Below, piece by piece: positions 9,601-19,834 of a DNA stretch of 64,000 bases. The position numbers and the translations under genes were made by a program. Numbering within the stretch: position 1 is the stretch's first letter; each line of letters begins with the position of its first letter. The notes under the pieces are model-generated. The model ran no database searches and was not told where the DNA came from. It saw only the letters and a list, made by a program, of their open reading frames with translations. Source of the DNA: a virus (Duplodnaviria; Heunggongvirae; Uroviricota; Caudoviricetes); the IMG/VR virus record IMGVR_UViG_3300001605_000009. The stretch is one strand, 5' to 3'.

Positions 9601-9792
9601 TTACTTGGCATCTACACACTCCACATAACTTGTTTGTCCGTCATTCCAGTGCCTAATGACACCAGCTACAATAACAGCGTTGGTAATTAAATACGCCGCT
9701 AATATAGCAGTACGAATATAGGCTACAACATCTGATTCTTTGTTGCACTCAGTAGCCTTATCACCGAGTGCCTTACACCATAAACGCCACAT
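9601..9792 (-). CDS. hypothetical small membrane protein
   Basis: The ORF contains a hydrophobic segment. Confidence 0.3.
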   Translation of the reverse strand: MWRLWCKALGDKATECNKESDVVAYIRTAILAAYLITNAVIVAGVIRHWNDGQTSYVECVDAK

Positions 9793-9808
9793 ATTAATTC
9801 CTTTAAGA

Positions 9809-9882
9809 TGGATGCTCGACTAGGGCTCGAACCTAGATTGCACGGATCAAAACCGCGTTTCCTACCATTAGAAGATCGAGCA
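9809..9882 (-). tRNA. tRNA-Gln (UUG)
   Basis: Manual fold: the acceptor strands TGCTCGA and TCGAGCA pair perfectly, the anticodon loop is TTTTGAT, and the T-arm is CTAGG-TTCGAGC-CCTAG. Confidence 0.75.
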
Positions 9883-9883
9883 A

Positions 9884-9958
9884 TGGTGCTTCCACTCTGA
9901 ATCGAACAGAGATTTTCGGGTTACAAAGCCGAGGTAATAGCCGTTATACTATGGAAGC
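9884..9958 (-). tRNA. tRNA-Thr (UGU)
   Basis: The acceptor strands GCTTCCA and TGGAAGC pair perfectly, the anticodon loop is TTTGTAA, and the T-arm is CTCTG-TTCGATT-CAGAG. Confidence 0.65.
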
Positions 9959-10101
9959 TTGGTGGAAACCCTCACGGATTGGTTTCCTGTACGAGCACTC
10001 CCACGACTATTGGCTGCAGCACAAATAGTGTCTCGTATTAACCCTCACGTATCGGGTTTAATGTCTAGCATTACGACCAGCAGGGGTAGCTAGACTGAAC
10101 G

Positions 10102-10177
10102 TGGTACTCCCAGTAGGATTCGAACCCACGACCAAGCCATCATGAGTGGCCGGCTCTAACCGCTGAGCTATAGGAGC
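10102..10177 (-). tRNA. tRNA with a CAU anticodon (Met, or Ile2 if modified by lysidine)
   Basis: The acceptor stem pairs with G-U wobbles, the D-arm is TAGCTCAGCGGTTAGAGC, the anticodon loop is CTCATGA, and the T-loop is TTCGAAT. Confidence 0.75.
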
Positions 10178-10349
10178 ATTATTCTGGGTCTAAAATGAAA
10201 AGTAGAATAGTTAGTGGCCATACTAAAGACACACCAAGAAGAATCACAAACTGTGTAGACCCAATCTTAATAGGTGAGTCGTATAACATATAAGCTATTA
10301 AGGCTAAAGCTATTCCAAAGTAAATGATTGCTGCTATTTCCATTTTAAC

Positions 10350-10426
10350 CTCTTATACCTGGTGCACCCGGCAGGACTCGAACCTGCAACATACGGAGTA
10401 GAAATCCGATGCTCTGTCCAGTTGAG
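10350..10426 (-). tRNA. tRNA-Arg (UCU)
   Basis: Acceptor strands GCACCCG and CGGGTGC, D-arm GCTCAACTGGACAGAGC, anticodon loop TTTCTAC, and T-arm GCAGG-TTCGAGT-CCTGC. Confidence 0.7.
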
Positions 10427-10442
10427 CTACGGGTGCTAATTA

Positions 10443-10904
10443 CTAATGTCTAACGCAGTGATCTGCGGCTGTAGTTGCAGCAAAGCTATCTGGCTTTACT
10501 CGCGCTTGAAGACCAAGACCTCGAACCCATCCAATAGCCTCACTTGTAACTACATTACTAGCGTGACGAGGGTCAGGATTAAAGTCTAGGTGAATTTCGA
10601 GACGACGATCTCCAACTACGTCTTCAATAGCGTAGAATGCCTCTAGAGCAAACTGCACTTCCATCATTAGACGGGGGCGCATCTGACCGTAATCTGGTAG
10701 AGTTACCTTGTTATGAAAGACCTTGCAGCCATTTTTAGAGTTCATATGTAGAATAATAACTGTAGAAAAGTCAGCCTTATTCTTCGTTGAATTTCGTAAT
10801 GAGTCACATCCAATATAAATACTTGATGCCTTACTTGATTTTAGAATTTCTTCTCTGGCATCAGCCCACATAACTATCCGTTTCAATTGACTCAATAGAC
10901 TCAA
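10443..10904 (-). CDS. hypothetical protein
   Basis: ORF only. Confidence 0.35.
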   Translation of the reverse strand: MSLLSQLKRIVMWADAREEILKSSKASSIYIGCDSLRNSTKNKADFSTVIILHMNSKNGCKVFHNKVTLPDYGQMRPRLMMEVQFALEAFYAIEDVVGDRRLEIHLDFNPDPRHASNVVTSEAIGWVRGLGLQARVKPDSFAATTAADHCVRH

Positions 10905-11115
10905 ACTTAATCGAGCGCCACTGGTTCTGCTCCAAGTCCCATACTGTTATAGTAAACTGGGACGGAGCGTATTTAATATTAGGGTTCAACTCAAGAACAG
11001 GCAAAAACATACTGTTCAATGTGCAATGCATTTCACGCTTTTCGCCATTCACTTTAGTGAATACGATAGTGGCTGTTTCTGTTTTCAGAAGCTCGCGAAG
11101 TTCGTTAATATCCAT
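10861..11115 (-). CDS. hypothetical protein
   Basis: ORF preceded by a consensus promoter at 11142-11185. Confidence 0.4.
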   Translation of the reverse strand: MDINELRELLKTETATIVFTKVNGEKREMHCTLNSMFLPVLELNPNIKYAPSQFTITVWDLEQNQWRSIKFESIESIETDSYVG

Positions 11116-11141
11116 GTGCCTTTTGCCTTTCTGTTGATACT

Positions 11142-11185
11142 CTTATATCAAAATAGAGGTACTAAGTCAAGAACTATTTTCGACC
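11142..11185 (-). promoter_or_regulatory. sigma70 promoter with TTGACT, a 17-nt spacer and TATAAG
   Basis: The minus strand reads aaaatagttcTTGACTtagtacctctattttgaTATAAG, with a ribosome-binding site and ATG downstream. Confidence 0.6.
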
Positions 11186-11351
11186 TTCATTACTAGAGAG
11201 AAGTTCTCATATCGCCTGAGAAACTCTAGCTCACGAGACATAGTTTCCTCAATCATTGGTGAGAATACTGGAAAACTGTATGTAGAACTAATTGGGTTCC
11301 CACGAAGTGGGAAAGTGCTGGTGATAGTTACTTTCATGGTAACTCCTAAAA

Positions 11352-11442
11352 TGGTAGTCCTGTGTGGATTCGAACCACAATTAACCCCTAATCTGGGCTC
11401 CGGGATATAAATCCGGTCGTTTTACCATTAAACTACAGGACC
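11352..11442 (-). tRNA. tRNA-like gene, 91 nt, with a long extra arm; the anticodon may be UAU (Ile) but the fold is unusual
   Basis: The acceptor strands GGTCCTG and CAGGACT pair, and the D-arm and T-arm (TGTGG-TTCGAAT-CCACA) are canonical. The anticodon region is ccgga-TTTATAT-cccgg, and roughly 20 nt lie between the anticodon arm and the T arm. Confidence 0.5.
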
Positions 11443-11444
11443 GT

Positions 11445-11530
11445 TGGTGGGGAAGACGGGACTCGAACCCGCACGGACAAAGTCCACAAGATTTTAAGTC
11501 TCGCGCGGCTACCAATTTCACCACAACCCC
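11445..11530 (-). tRNA. tRNA-Leu (UAA), type II, with U-U mismatches in the acceptor stem
   Basis: The D-loop AAATTGGTAG and anticodon loop CTTAAAA are Leu-like, a variable arm and T-loop TTCGAGT are present, and the 3' end is CCA. The acceptor strands GGGGTTG and CTTCCCC give 5 of 7 pairs. Confidence 0.5.
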
Positions 11531-11625
11531 TTGCTTGATACATATGTTATAACTGAAATAAGATAAGAAGTCAAGATATATTTTTTAAATGGTGGGTGGC
11601 CCACTATAGGCCACCCACTATATAA

Positions 11626-14600
11626 TTAAAAGAATGCTAGAAATGCTCCTAACTTCTTTATAGCGCCAATAATAGACCCTGTTATATAACTGATTGATAA
11701 ATAATTAGGACTTGTTCCTGTAAAAGAAAGACCCGTATTATTCCCTCCATTCGTACTATTAGCTCCTACATTCCACGCTGTTGACTTTTTAAGAATCGCC
11801 GGAGTAGTGTTCGTAGAAGTTATAGTTACTAAGGAACTTGAATCCCCACTTATATTGAAACTACTAAATGTCTGAGTTGATCCACCTTCAAATTTTATAG
11901 TAGTAGGTTTCACTGTATTACTCATAGTATCAAAAGTATTGTTACCATAGATTGACAGAGTGCTTCTTTGTAACGTGGTAGAAGATGGAGTAACAGTAAA
12001 GTTATTATATGTCTGGTCACCTCCATAGAATTGGTATTCTACTGGTATTGAATAGGTAGTACATATGATATTGGCCGTGCCTTTATCTAATGTAAGATTA
12101 GTGGGATCGCTTATATCCCAACCAAATATTGGTATTAATGCAGAATACGCGCTCACATCTATTAAATATTGAAGATATGTAAGGTTATATGGTACTATAG
12201 TCCAATTACCAGACCCCATTATCAGGGCTCTACTTGAAGTGTAACTACTACTAAATTCTGGTACAGTAACATCATATCCATTAGCATTAAATGTTCCGGC
12301 CTTTAATATCATCCCTCCAGTAGTGTTCAGAGTAGCGCCATAAGAATAATAGGCGAGATTTATAGCACTACCTAGCTGATAAATTGCTCCTGGACAGTTG
12401 AATGTTAGAAACGCGCCACAAGCATTACTTGTAGTGTTGATAGTTAATGTCTTAGTTCCAGAGGTTGCCAAGAAATTAACAAAGCCAGTCAGAACAGCAG
12501 AGTTGTTAGTCATATTACCGTAGATATTAACTTTTGATGCCATATTGTACGTACCAGTGAATCCTGTATCGTTATAGTTACGAATAGAAGGTACTCCACC
12601 TGTACTAAATGAGATTATATCTGAACCAGCAGTAATATTTATATCAAAACAGGTAGTCTCTGTCATTCCAGGAGCAAATATAGTTCTAGTCCCCGTGCTT
12701 CCAGAATAAGTCAAATTCACAGTTGGTATACCTGTGTAATTAAAGTTCCCACCACTTACCTCCATATAAAGTATAGTACCGTTATTACCAGTAATATTTA
12801 TAGCACTACTACCGAATGCAATAGCTGGAAAGTCATATATAGAGGCAGATACAGCAGGCTGTAGCGAAGAAACTGTAGCAGTAAATCCATTCAAGTCTAG
12901 TGTACCAGTATAAATAGATACAGTACCACTACAAGTCAGCGCTGAGCCTAGCTTAGTTGTACCAGAATTAGTGTTATATACATTTATACCTGTAGGCCAT
13001 GTAACTCCTGCAGAAGTAATAGTTTGAGTAGCCCCACTTTTATTAAATGTTACTACTCCTGTTCCTGTTATTGTTAGTCCAGAGTATAGAGTGACATTTC
13101 CATATATATCAGGAGATGTTGTACCAATAGCTAAAGTAGAAGCTGTTGTTCTAGAAGAGTAATTTAAAGTACCAATGTTCCAGTTGGCATTTATTGTAAG
13201 CGTACTTGCAACACCCGTATTAGTGAATGTTGCAGTATCTTGAGCTAATGGGAAGTTAGCTACTGCAGGAGTACCCGCTGCTGTTGTTGCCCAAGCTGTT
13301 GCAGTCCAAAGAGAATTACCCAATAAGTTCCAATACACAGTTTTAGGAGTAGATGTGGTAATATTAGTGTTGTTTCCACAATCTCCAAGCCTTATTCCTG
13401 TCCAAGTACCTGCAGCTCCTGCAGCTGTAATATCCCTGAAGTCTACATCAGTAAGGGCAGATATTGCATTTGCTGTTATTGTTCTAGCAGTACCTTGAGT
13501 ATTAGATTGTAGGAAAGTTCTATAGATTGCTGACGTGCCGGCCCCAATAGTAAGTGTACCGTTGACAGTTTGATTACCTCCACCAAATATGACTTGACTA
13601 ATACCCACACTTCCAGTACGTCCAGCTATATTTAAATTATTGAAAGTATTAACTCCAGTAATATTAGCAGTGTTAATTGCTGTATTATTAAATGTTACAT
13701 TATAGTATGTTTTATCCCCGCCAGTGAAGGTAGGAGTAGTAGAAGTTAATACTATTGTAGAGGTACCGGCATTTATAGTATTTGTAGACAGTGCTTGCCA
13801 TGCCGTTCCAGTAGCGGATAGTGTCACTGTAGAACCATTTAAGTTTATAGTGGCATACTCACTTGCATTAATAGTTGTTGCGGATACAGAGTAGTTAGAA
13901 GTGTCAAGATTTCCTACAAGATTTATAGCATTAGTTGAGGTAAATGCTCCGCCCAATAACACTGTAGTTGATGGGCTGTAGGATGCTATCGCGATAGGAA
14001 ATGATTTTCCTGCAGTATTTAAGGTTTGTGTTTTGGTATACCCCAAAAAGGCTAACTGTCCTGTAAGTGTTGTTGGCGTTACACCCGTTCCTAGTATAAA
14101 ATCACTGTATACAAATTGAGTACTACTACCAAAAGCTAGCGTCATTACGGTTGTTCTGGCAGACATATTGATAGTACCCGTATTATATAGACCATCAAAG
14201 GTAACAGTAGTTGCTGCGCCAGTATTATCAAATATAGCAGTATCTTGAGCCAATGGAAAGTTATTTACAGCAGGAGTTCCACCAGAACTGGTGGCCCAAC
14301 CATTAGCAGACCAATTTACAGTTCCAGTTAGATTCCAATAGACAGTTTTAGAGGACTCAAATGTAATATTAGAGTTATTCCCACAATCACCAAGTCTGGT
14401 ACCAGACCAATTTCCTGAGGTACCTGCTACTACAATATCTCTGAAGTCAACATCTACTAATGAACTAATCGCAGCAACAGTTAGCGTGATTTGGGTATCA
14501 AACACCTGACTAAGTAGCCAAGTTCTGTATGCTGGACCAGTTCCTGCTCCTATATTAAGAGTTCCATTAATAGTCTGATTAGCATTAAATTGTAAATAAT

Positions 14601-17600
14601 TAACCCCAGTAACTGTTCTTCCAGCAATCGTAAGATTGTTAAATACATTGCTACCTCTAATACTATTAACGACTGATTCAGCGGAACCACCTGAGGTAAA
14701 ACTTACATTATAATAGGTTTGTTCGCCTCCATTAAATGATTGACTGGCAGCACTCAAGTTAATCGTTGATGTTCCACTTGATAAAGTAAGACCTGTTGGT
14801 ACCGTAATATCCCACCCACCAGAAGATAAAGTAATAGTTGAAGACCCCAAAGTCAACGATCTGGTATTACTATTACTACTAGAAACAGATCCTGCAGTAA
14901 CATTAAAGTTACTAGTGCTGAACGAGCCGTTAGTTAGCGTTAATGTGTATGTACTTAAATTGATAGCGTCAGCAAGAGTCCACTCTCCGCCAATACCATT
15001 GAATGTAATTGGACACCCCAATGCTTTACCACTAGAAGTGATTATTTTACCGGCAGATGTTGATGCAAATGTTCTCACACCTGCGCCAGCAGTAACAGTC
15101 ATGCCTGTTGATAACGTCAGATTACCGTAGATTGTAATGGCACTATTTGGCCAAGTACCCGCAAAACCAGTAAATACTAGATTTCTTACGTTTCCAGTAA
15201 CAGTAGTAGAGCTTGTTCCTGCGGTGATATTAAACGATACACTGTTAGATTCAGATGGAGAACCCGCGATAATAGTTCTAGCTGTTGCAGTAGCGTTAGT
15301 TACGTTTACAATAGGAGTTCCTGTTACTGTCATATTGTATACGTTTGTAGCATCCCATACTGTACCAGTCCCATTAAGAGTTAAGGAGCCATAATTAAAA
15401 GCTAAGGTTCTTGCGCTGTTTGAATTTGTTATAAAAGCAGGACATGAATGATTATTTCCATTCAAATCTAAATATCCAGCCGCAAGTCTTATAGTACTAG
15501 TAGAAGTAGTACCAGTTGATAACTGACCAGTAAGAGTCCATCGTCCAAACAGTCCATTAAAAACTATAGGGAATCCTAGGGTTTTTCCATTTGGATTAAT
15601 AGTATTACCAGTATATGTTGATAAGAATGAAACAGTATTCGTACCAGCAGCCACTGTCATTCCAGTTGATACAGTAAGACTTCCATAAATTCCTAACGCT
15701 ACATTAGTCCATGAGCCTGCAAATCCAGTGAAGTCTAGGTTTTTTATTCTGTTATTAGCAGTGAACGTAACAGGGCCAGTTCCTGCAGTGATATTAAAGG
15801 AAAAAGCATAATCTTCCGACCATACTCCGGCAGAGATCGTCCTAGTAAGAGATGTAACGGCAGTGACATCTACTCTTCTTAGGCCAGAAGTAGTTAAATT
15901 AGTTACTGTAGCAGTATTCCAAATAGTACCAGTTCCCTCTAGTTTTAAATACCCAGTAGACCCAAACATAATAGACCTAGTATTAGAATTACTAGATGAA
16001 AAGGAATTTAGAGATAAAGAGTACTCATTTAAATCAAGTGTACCATTAGTTAGCGTAAGCGACCCCATTCCTGTATTAGTAACATTTACTTTTATTGTAC
16101 TGTTGTAGGCGTCTATATTAGTAATATTTGTAGGTTGATAGCCTACTAATTGGATTTTATTTACTCCGATATAATTTAAAGTACAGCCGATACCCGCAGA
16201 AACACCCATCATATTATTATTACTTCCACACCAGTAAGTAGTAGTCGTGCCATAGGATAAGGTAAAAAGAGTCGATCTAGCGGTGGTATCATAAGTACCA
16301 ATATACCAATTCTGATCAAGAGTAAGAGTACTCCCAGCACTATTGTCATCCACAATACACGTATCTTGTACTAATGGAAAATTAGCAGCATCTGGGGTGC
16401 CACCAGAAGTCAATGCCCAGCCTGGTGAAGACCAGTTACTAACTCCTGGACGGTTCCAATATACGGTTTTTGGCGCTGCAAATGTGATGAGAGAGTTTCC
16501 TCCTGCGTCACCTAAACTAGTGCCGGACCATGTAGCTGTCCCAGATCCTGTAATGTAGCGAAAGTCTACATTCGAAAGGTCCGTTGAAGCTGCGGTAATA
16601 ACTCTAGGGCTGCCTGTTTGGTTACTTTGTAGTAATGTTCGATTTAGTAGTTCAGTACTAGATACAGTTAATGTACTAGTAATTACTACATCACCACCTA
16701 AATATGTAGGCGTTACTCCTACTGAGTCCCTGGCTGGGATATTTAAATTAATAAAAGTTATGGTAGGAGAAGGACTATTAACTGAACTACCAATACTATA
16801 TCCAAATGTATTTGCAGTAAAATTAACAGTACCAAAACTCTGCCCATCTGGAAGAAAGTTTACAATAGCCGCAGTATGCGTACAATTAATAGTAGATGAA
16901 ATACCACTAAAAGTTAGCTCTGTTGAGTTAAAAGTTATAGGTGACTGCCCATTTAGTGTTACAGTAGAAGTACCTAATGTTATTGATCTAATGTTAGAAT
17001 TACTAGACGAAATACTGCCCGCAGTTACATTATAGTTACCTGTGTCAAACGAACCCTTAGTGACTGTGATTTGATTCGTTCCAATATTCAACGCATCTTG
17101 CAGAGTCCACCCACCACCAACACCATCAAAAGTAGCAGGGCCGTTTAATGTGACGCCATTAGATGTAATGGTCTTACCTGTAGAAGTGGCTGCGAATGTA
17201 AGTGATGTATACGCGGCTACTGTTTGACCAGTTCCAAGAGTCAGGTTTCCATATATAGTACCCGCTGTTGGAATCCATGCTCCACTAAACCCAGTGAAGT
17301 CTAGATTCTTAAAGGTACTCGTGCTGGTTGATACGTTTCCTGTTCCGGCTGTGACATTTACAGATGCTTCAGAGAGTGCACCTGTGGTAATTGTTCTGGC
17401 TGTTGCTGATGAGTTAGTCAGATTGACTGTAGGGAACCCCGATATAGCTATAGAAGAGGTCGTATTGAATACTGTGCCAGTTCCCGATAATGATACAATA
17501 CCCGATGTACCAAAATTTAGTGTTCTAGCAGACAGACCAGTAGAAACGAATAATCCCGTTGTGAGTGTGAAGTTATTCAGGTTTAATGTACCAGAGTTTA

Positions 17601-18600
17601 ACGTGGTAGTTCTAGTCGAACCTACGGTAAACGCATCCTGAAGTGTCCATACACCTGTACCATTAAAGTTAATGGGAAAATCTAATAATTTACCATTGGT
17701 TGTAATTGTTCTACTGACATTTGCAAAAAATGTCCAGGCTCTTGTACCCGCAGTCAGTATCATAGTAGGGGATAATATTAAATTTCCATATATGCTTATA
17801 GCAATATTACTTACAGTACCGCTAAATCCAGTAAAGTTTAAATTGTTCACGCGATTGTCTGCGGTGAAAGTAACAATATCTGTTCCGGCAGTAAAGTTAA
17901 AACTTAATTCAGTAGCATTCGCTCCCGCATTTATAGTTCTTGTCCCAGTAGATCCAGAATAAGTGCAGTTAATTGTCGGTGTTCCAGAAACTTTTAATCC
18001 AGTTTGAGTAGCTGCATCAAAAATAGTTGTACCAGAGCCAGTAAGCGTTAAGTCTCCAGTACCAAAGTTAAATGTTCTCGTAGTAGATCCGGAGATATTG
18101 GCTGTTAACGCGGTAAATTTATTAGTGCCTATCGATAGAGTACCCACCGTAAGGGTAAGTGTACTGCTCGTAGAAAATGCCCCGTTTAGGGTAACTGTAA
18201 TAGAGTTGCCATTTACTACTACAGGACTACTAATTATTGAAGTACCAGTATTACATATAGCAGTGGTACCATTGAAGGATAGTGAGCCTGTGTTTGTCCA
18301 ATTAATAGTTCCAGAAATAGTAAGTCCAGAAGTAGTCACAGATATATTACTTGATCCATTAAAAGTCAAAGTGCCTGCTGATGGGTTTGCCATATTAATA
18401 CCAAGAACTGATGTAGTAGCAGTTCTTGTTACTGTGTAGGATGCTCCAGACCCTGCAACATTAGACTCAGAGTCAAAAATGGCAACATCGGCAGTAGTTG
18501 GAACGGCAGCACCTCCAGTTCCTCCAGATGTAAGTGACCAATTAGTTGTGTTCGTAGCATCCCAGGTACCTGTGCCGCCTACCCAATATTTATTAGCCAT
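11626..18600 (-). CDS. giant repetitive Ser/Thr/Gly/Asn-rich structural protein (2324 residues), likely a tail fibre or adhesin with beta-helix-like modules
   Basis: A single ORF of 2324 residues. The module KTVYWNxxGxxxWSxxGWAxxxGGTPxxxNFPLxQDT occurs four times and the module NL(D/V)FTGF(S/A)G(T/A)W at least five times. Composition is low-complexity beta-rich. The gene lies next to small fibre-like genes. Confidence 0.8.
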   Translation of the reverse strand: MANKYWVGGTGTWDATNTTNWSLTSGGTGGAAVPTTADVAIFDSESNVAGSGASYTVTRTATTSVLGINMANPSAGTLTFNGSSNISVTTSGLTISGTINWTNTGSLSFNGTTAICNTGTSIISSPVVVNGNSITVTLNGAFSTSSTLTLTVGTLSIGTNKFTALTANISGSTTRTFNFGTGDLTLTGSGTTIFDAATQTGLKVSGTPTINCTYSGSTGTRTINAGANATELSFNFTAGTDIVTFTADNRVNNLNFTGFSGTVSNIAISIYGNLILSPTMILTAGTRAWTFFANVSRTITTNGKLLDFPINFNGTGVWTLQDAFTVGSTRTTTLNSGTLNLNNFTLTTGLFVSTGLSARTLNFGTSGIVSLSGTGTVFNTTSSIAISGFPTVNLTNSSATARTITTGALSEASVNVTAGTGNVSTSTSTFKNLDFTGFSGAWIPTAGTIYGNLTLGTGQTVAAYTSLTFAATSTGKTITSNGVTLNGPATFDGVGGGWTLQDALNIGTNQITVTKGSFDTGNYNVTAGSISSSNSNIRSITLGTSTVTLNGQSPITFNSTELTFSGISSTINCTHTAAIVNFLPDGQSFGTVNFTANTFGYSIGSSVNSPSPTITFINLNIPARDSVGVTPTYLGGDVVITSTLTVSSTELLNRTLLQSNQTGSPRVITAASTDLSNVDFRYITGSGTATWSGTSLGDAGGNSLITFAAPKTVYWNRPGVSNWSSPGWALTSGGTPDAANFPLVQDTCIVDDNSAGSTLTLDQNWYIGTYDTTARSTLFTLSYGTTTTYWCGSNNNMMGVSAGIGCTLNYIGVNKIQLVGYQPTNITNIDAYNSTIKVNVTNTGMGSLTLTNGTLDLNEYSLSLNSFSSSNSNTRSIMFGSTGYLKLEGTGTIWNTATVTNLTTSGLRRVDVTAVTSLTRTISAGVWSEDYAFSFNITAGTGPVTFTANNRIKNLDFTGFAGSWTNVALGIYGSLTVSTGMTVAAGTNTVSFLSTYTGNTINPNGKTLGFPIVFNGLFGRWTLTGQLSTGTTSTSTIRLAAGYLDLNGNNHSCPAFITNSNSARTLAFNYGSLTLNGTGTVWDATNVYNMTVTGTPIVNVTNATATARTIIAGSPSESNSVSFNITAGTSSTTVTGNVRNLVFTGFAGTWPNSAITIYGNLTLSTGMTVTAGAGVRTFASTSAGKIITSSGKALGCPITFNGIGGEWTLADAINLSTYTLTLTNGSFSTSNFNVTAGSVSSSNSNTRSLTLGSSTITLSSGGWDITVPTGLTLSSGTSTINLSAASQSFNGGEQTYYNVSFTSGGSAESVVNSIRGSNVFNNLTIAGRTVTGVNYLQFNANQTINGTLNIGAGTGPAYRTWLLSQVFDTQITLTVAAISSLVDVDFRDIVVAGTSGNWSGTRLGDCGNNSNITFESSKTVYWNLTGTVNWSANGWATSSGGTPAVNNFPLAQDTAIFDNTGAATTVTFDGLYNTGTINMSARTTVMTLAFGSSTQFVYSDFILGTGVTPTTLTGQLAFLGYTKTQTLNTAGKSFPIAIASYSPSTTVLLGGAFTSTNAINLVGNLDTSNYSVSATTINASEYATINLNGSTVTLSATGTAWQALSTNTINAGTSTIVLTSTTPTFTGGDKTYYNVTFNNTAINTANITGVNTFNNLNIAGRTGSVGISQVIFGGGNQTVNGTLTIGAGTSAIYRTFLQSNTQGTARTITANAISALTDVDFRDITAAGAAGTWTGIRLGDCGNNTNITTSTPKTVYWNLLGNSLWTATAWATTAAGTPAVANFPLAQDTATFTNTGVASTLTINANWNIGTLNYSSRTTASTLAIGTTSPDIYGNVTLYSGLTITGTGVVTFNKSGATQTITSAGVTWPTGINVYNTNSGTTKLGSALTCSGTVSIYTGTLDLNGFTATVSSLQPAVSASIYDFPAIAFGSSAINITGNNGTILYMEVSGGNFNYTGIPTVNLTYSGSTGTRTIFAPGMTETTCFDINITAGSDIISFSTGGVPSIRNYNDTGFTGTYNMASKVNIYGNMTNNSAVLTGFVNFLATSGTKTLTINTTSNACGAFLTFNCPGAIYQLGSAINLAYYSYGATLNTTGGMILKAGTFNANGYDVTVPEFSSSYTSSRALIMGSGNWTIVPYNLTYLQYLIDVSAYSALIPIFGWDISDPTNLTLDKGTANIICTTYSIPVEYQFYGGDQTYNNFTVTPSSTTLQRSTLSIYGNNTFDTMSNTVKPTTIKFEGGSTQTFSSFNISGDSSSLVTITSTNTTPAILKKSTAWNVGANSTNGGNNTGLSFTGTSPNYLSISYITGSIIGAIKKLGAFLAFF

Positions 18601-18841
18601 TTAGTATCTCTCCTTGGATTAATACATCCACTGGAGAGGCTTCTTCTGGGGCAACATATGTAATAATAGTAATCCAGTTATCAAATCGCTCTTGTTTCAT
18701 AACTTCAATTTGCTCAGGAGCTGTAGCAGCATAGTTTTCTTGAGTAAAGTATAGTGCGTCCCTATAATTATTAGTTCCGTCTGTTTTCTCGAAAATAATA
18801 CGAATCATACCATCTTCAGTTGTTTCAATAATGTCTGTCAT
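18593..18841 (-). CDS. hypothetical protein, likely structural
   Basis: ORF whose start overlaps the end of the giant ORF. Confidence 0.4.
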   Translation of the reverse strand: MTDIIETTEDGMIRIIFEKTDGTNNYRDALYFTQENYAATAPEQIEVMKQERFDNWITIITYVAPEEASPVDVLIQGEILNG

Positions 18842-18850
18842 AAATACTCC

Positions 18851-19339
18851 TTAAAATCCAAAATTAGTAGCAATTAATTCCCACTTACTAGTATTGCTGT
18901 TATACATAAAACCAATATAGTCAGTCTTACTTGAGCCAGTGGTGGTAGTTGGTAATGGCAGGTCAGTAGACCCGATAAATATCGCATTCCATGAGAATGT
19001 CTGGATATTTGTAGACTTTACTCTTAATAATAGCTTATCTCCATTTTTAAGTGTTCCTGTAGGTGCATTAACTGTTAATGTACCAGCAGCTTGAGTATTT
19101 ATTTGATACGCTAAATCAGTAGTATCAACATTTATAGATACACTAGCTCCATCCGCTATTAAAGTATCATTAGTGGAACCAGTTGTAGCTCCTATCTCGA
19201 CAATACTTGGAGTACCATCATCTTTCTTAATAAAAAGCTTGCCATCATTTGTATTGATGGCAAGCTGTCCTAGTTCCAGATCAGTAGTGGTAGGCACTTT
19301 ACCAGGTACTGCTGATCTTTTAAATTTTATATCTGCCAT
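18851..19339 (-). CDS. tail-fibre-like protein with the conserved N-terminal IKxKRS...DGKL motif
   Basis: The N-terminus MADIKFKRSAVPGKVPTTTDLELGQLAINTNDGKLFIK is the conserved fibre N-terminal box. The rest of the protein is Thr/Gly/Asn-rich. Confidence 0.55.
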   Translation of the reverse strand: MADIKFKRSAVPGKVPTTTDLELGQLAINTNDGKLFIKKDDGTPSIVEIGATTGSTNDTLIADGASVSINVDTTDLAYQINTQAAGTLTVNAPTGTLKNGDKLLLRVKSTNIQTFSWNAIFIGSTDLPLPTTTTGSSKTDYIGFMYNSNTSKWELIATNFGF

Positions 19340-19378
19340 GTGGCTCCTGTAATCCTGCTATATAGCACAGGGTCTTTA

Positions 19379-19831
19379 CTAGAATGTTCCTAGATCAATT
19401 GTTCCGACTGCTAAAGTTACATAACCACTTGCAGCATCTTTAGTCCAGCTCATTGATGTGCTCATACGAACTATGCCATCAGTACCATCGGTTCCCCAGA
19501 TATAACCAGCAGTTCCACCTGAAACTACAGCTACTTTCTCATCTGAGGAAGCGGCTGGAATATTCAATGCTGTTTTAAAGTCATTGAAAAGCATCTTCTT
19601 TTCCTTGACACCCGTAGCACTAGCATCATGAATAAGAATAAGATCCGCAGCGCCATCAATAGCTGCTAGTGTAACTAGATCATCAACTGGTGGGACAATC
19701 GGAAGTGTTGTTGTAGCATCTGTAGCTACGTGTAGTGTACCACGATCTGTGGTAAATAGTTGTTCACCCGCTAGTAGTGCTGATGTAGGTAGATTAGCCT
19801 TTAGGCCTCTTTTAATTTGAACTCTTGCCAT
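19379..19831 (-). CDS. tail-fibre-like paralog
   Basis: The N-terminus MARVQIKRGLKANLP...GEQLFTTDRGTL is the same N-terminal box. Confidence 0.5.
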   Translation of the reverse strand: MARVQIKRGLKANLPTSALLAGEQLFTTDRGTLHVATDATTTLPIVPPVDDLVTLAAIDGAADLILIHDASATGVKEKKMLFNDFKTALNIPAASSDEKVAVVSGGTAGYIWGTDGTDGIVRMSTSMSWTKDAASGYVTLAVGTIDLGTF

Positions 19832-19834
19832 GTT

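Noticed and set aside
9959-10100. A possible additional tRNA between tRNA-Thr and tRNA-Met
   Set aside because: A 3' GGTTTCC-ACCA end is present, but its only partner (GGAAACC) lies 10 nt away and forms a mini-helix, not a cloverleaf. No T-arm or anticodon arm could be built.
14915-18439. Numerous plus-strand ORFs of 70-115 residues (14915, 15137, 15863, 16343, 16760, 17294, 17672 and 18098) lying inside the 2324-residue gene
   Set aside because: All of them are antisense to one continuous 6.9-kb ORF that has a strong coding-like repetitive composition. Their own composition is Val/Leu/Pro-rich and typical of reverse-complement artefacts.
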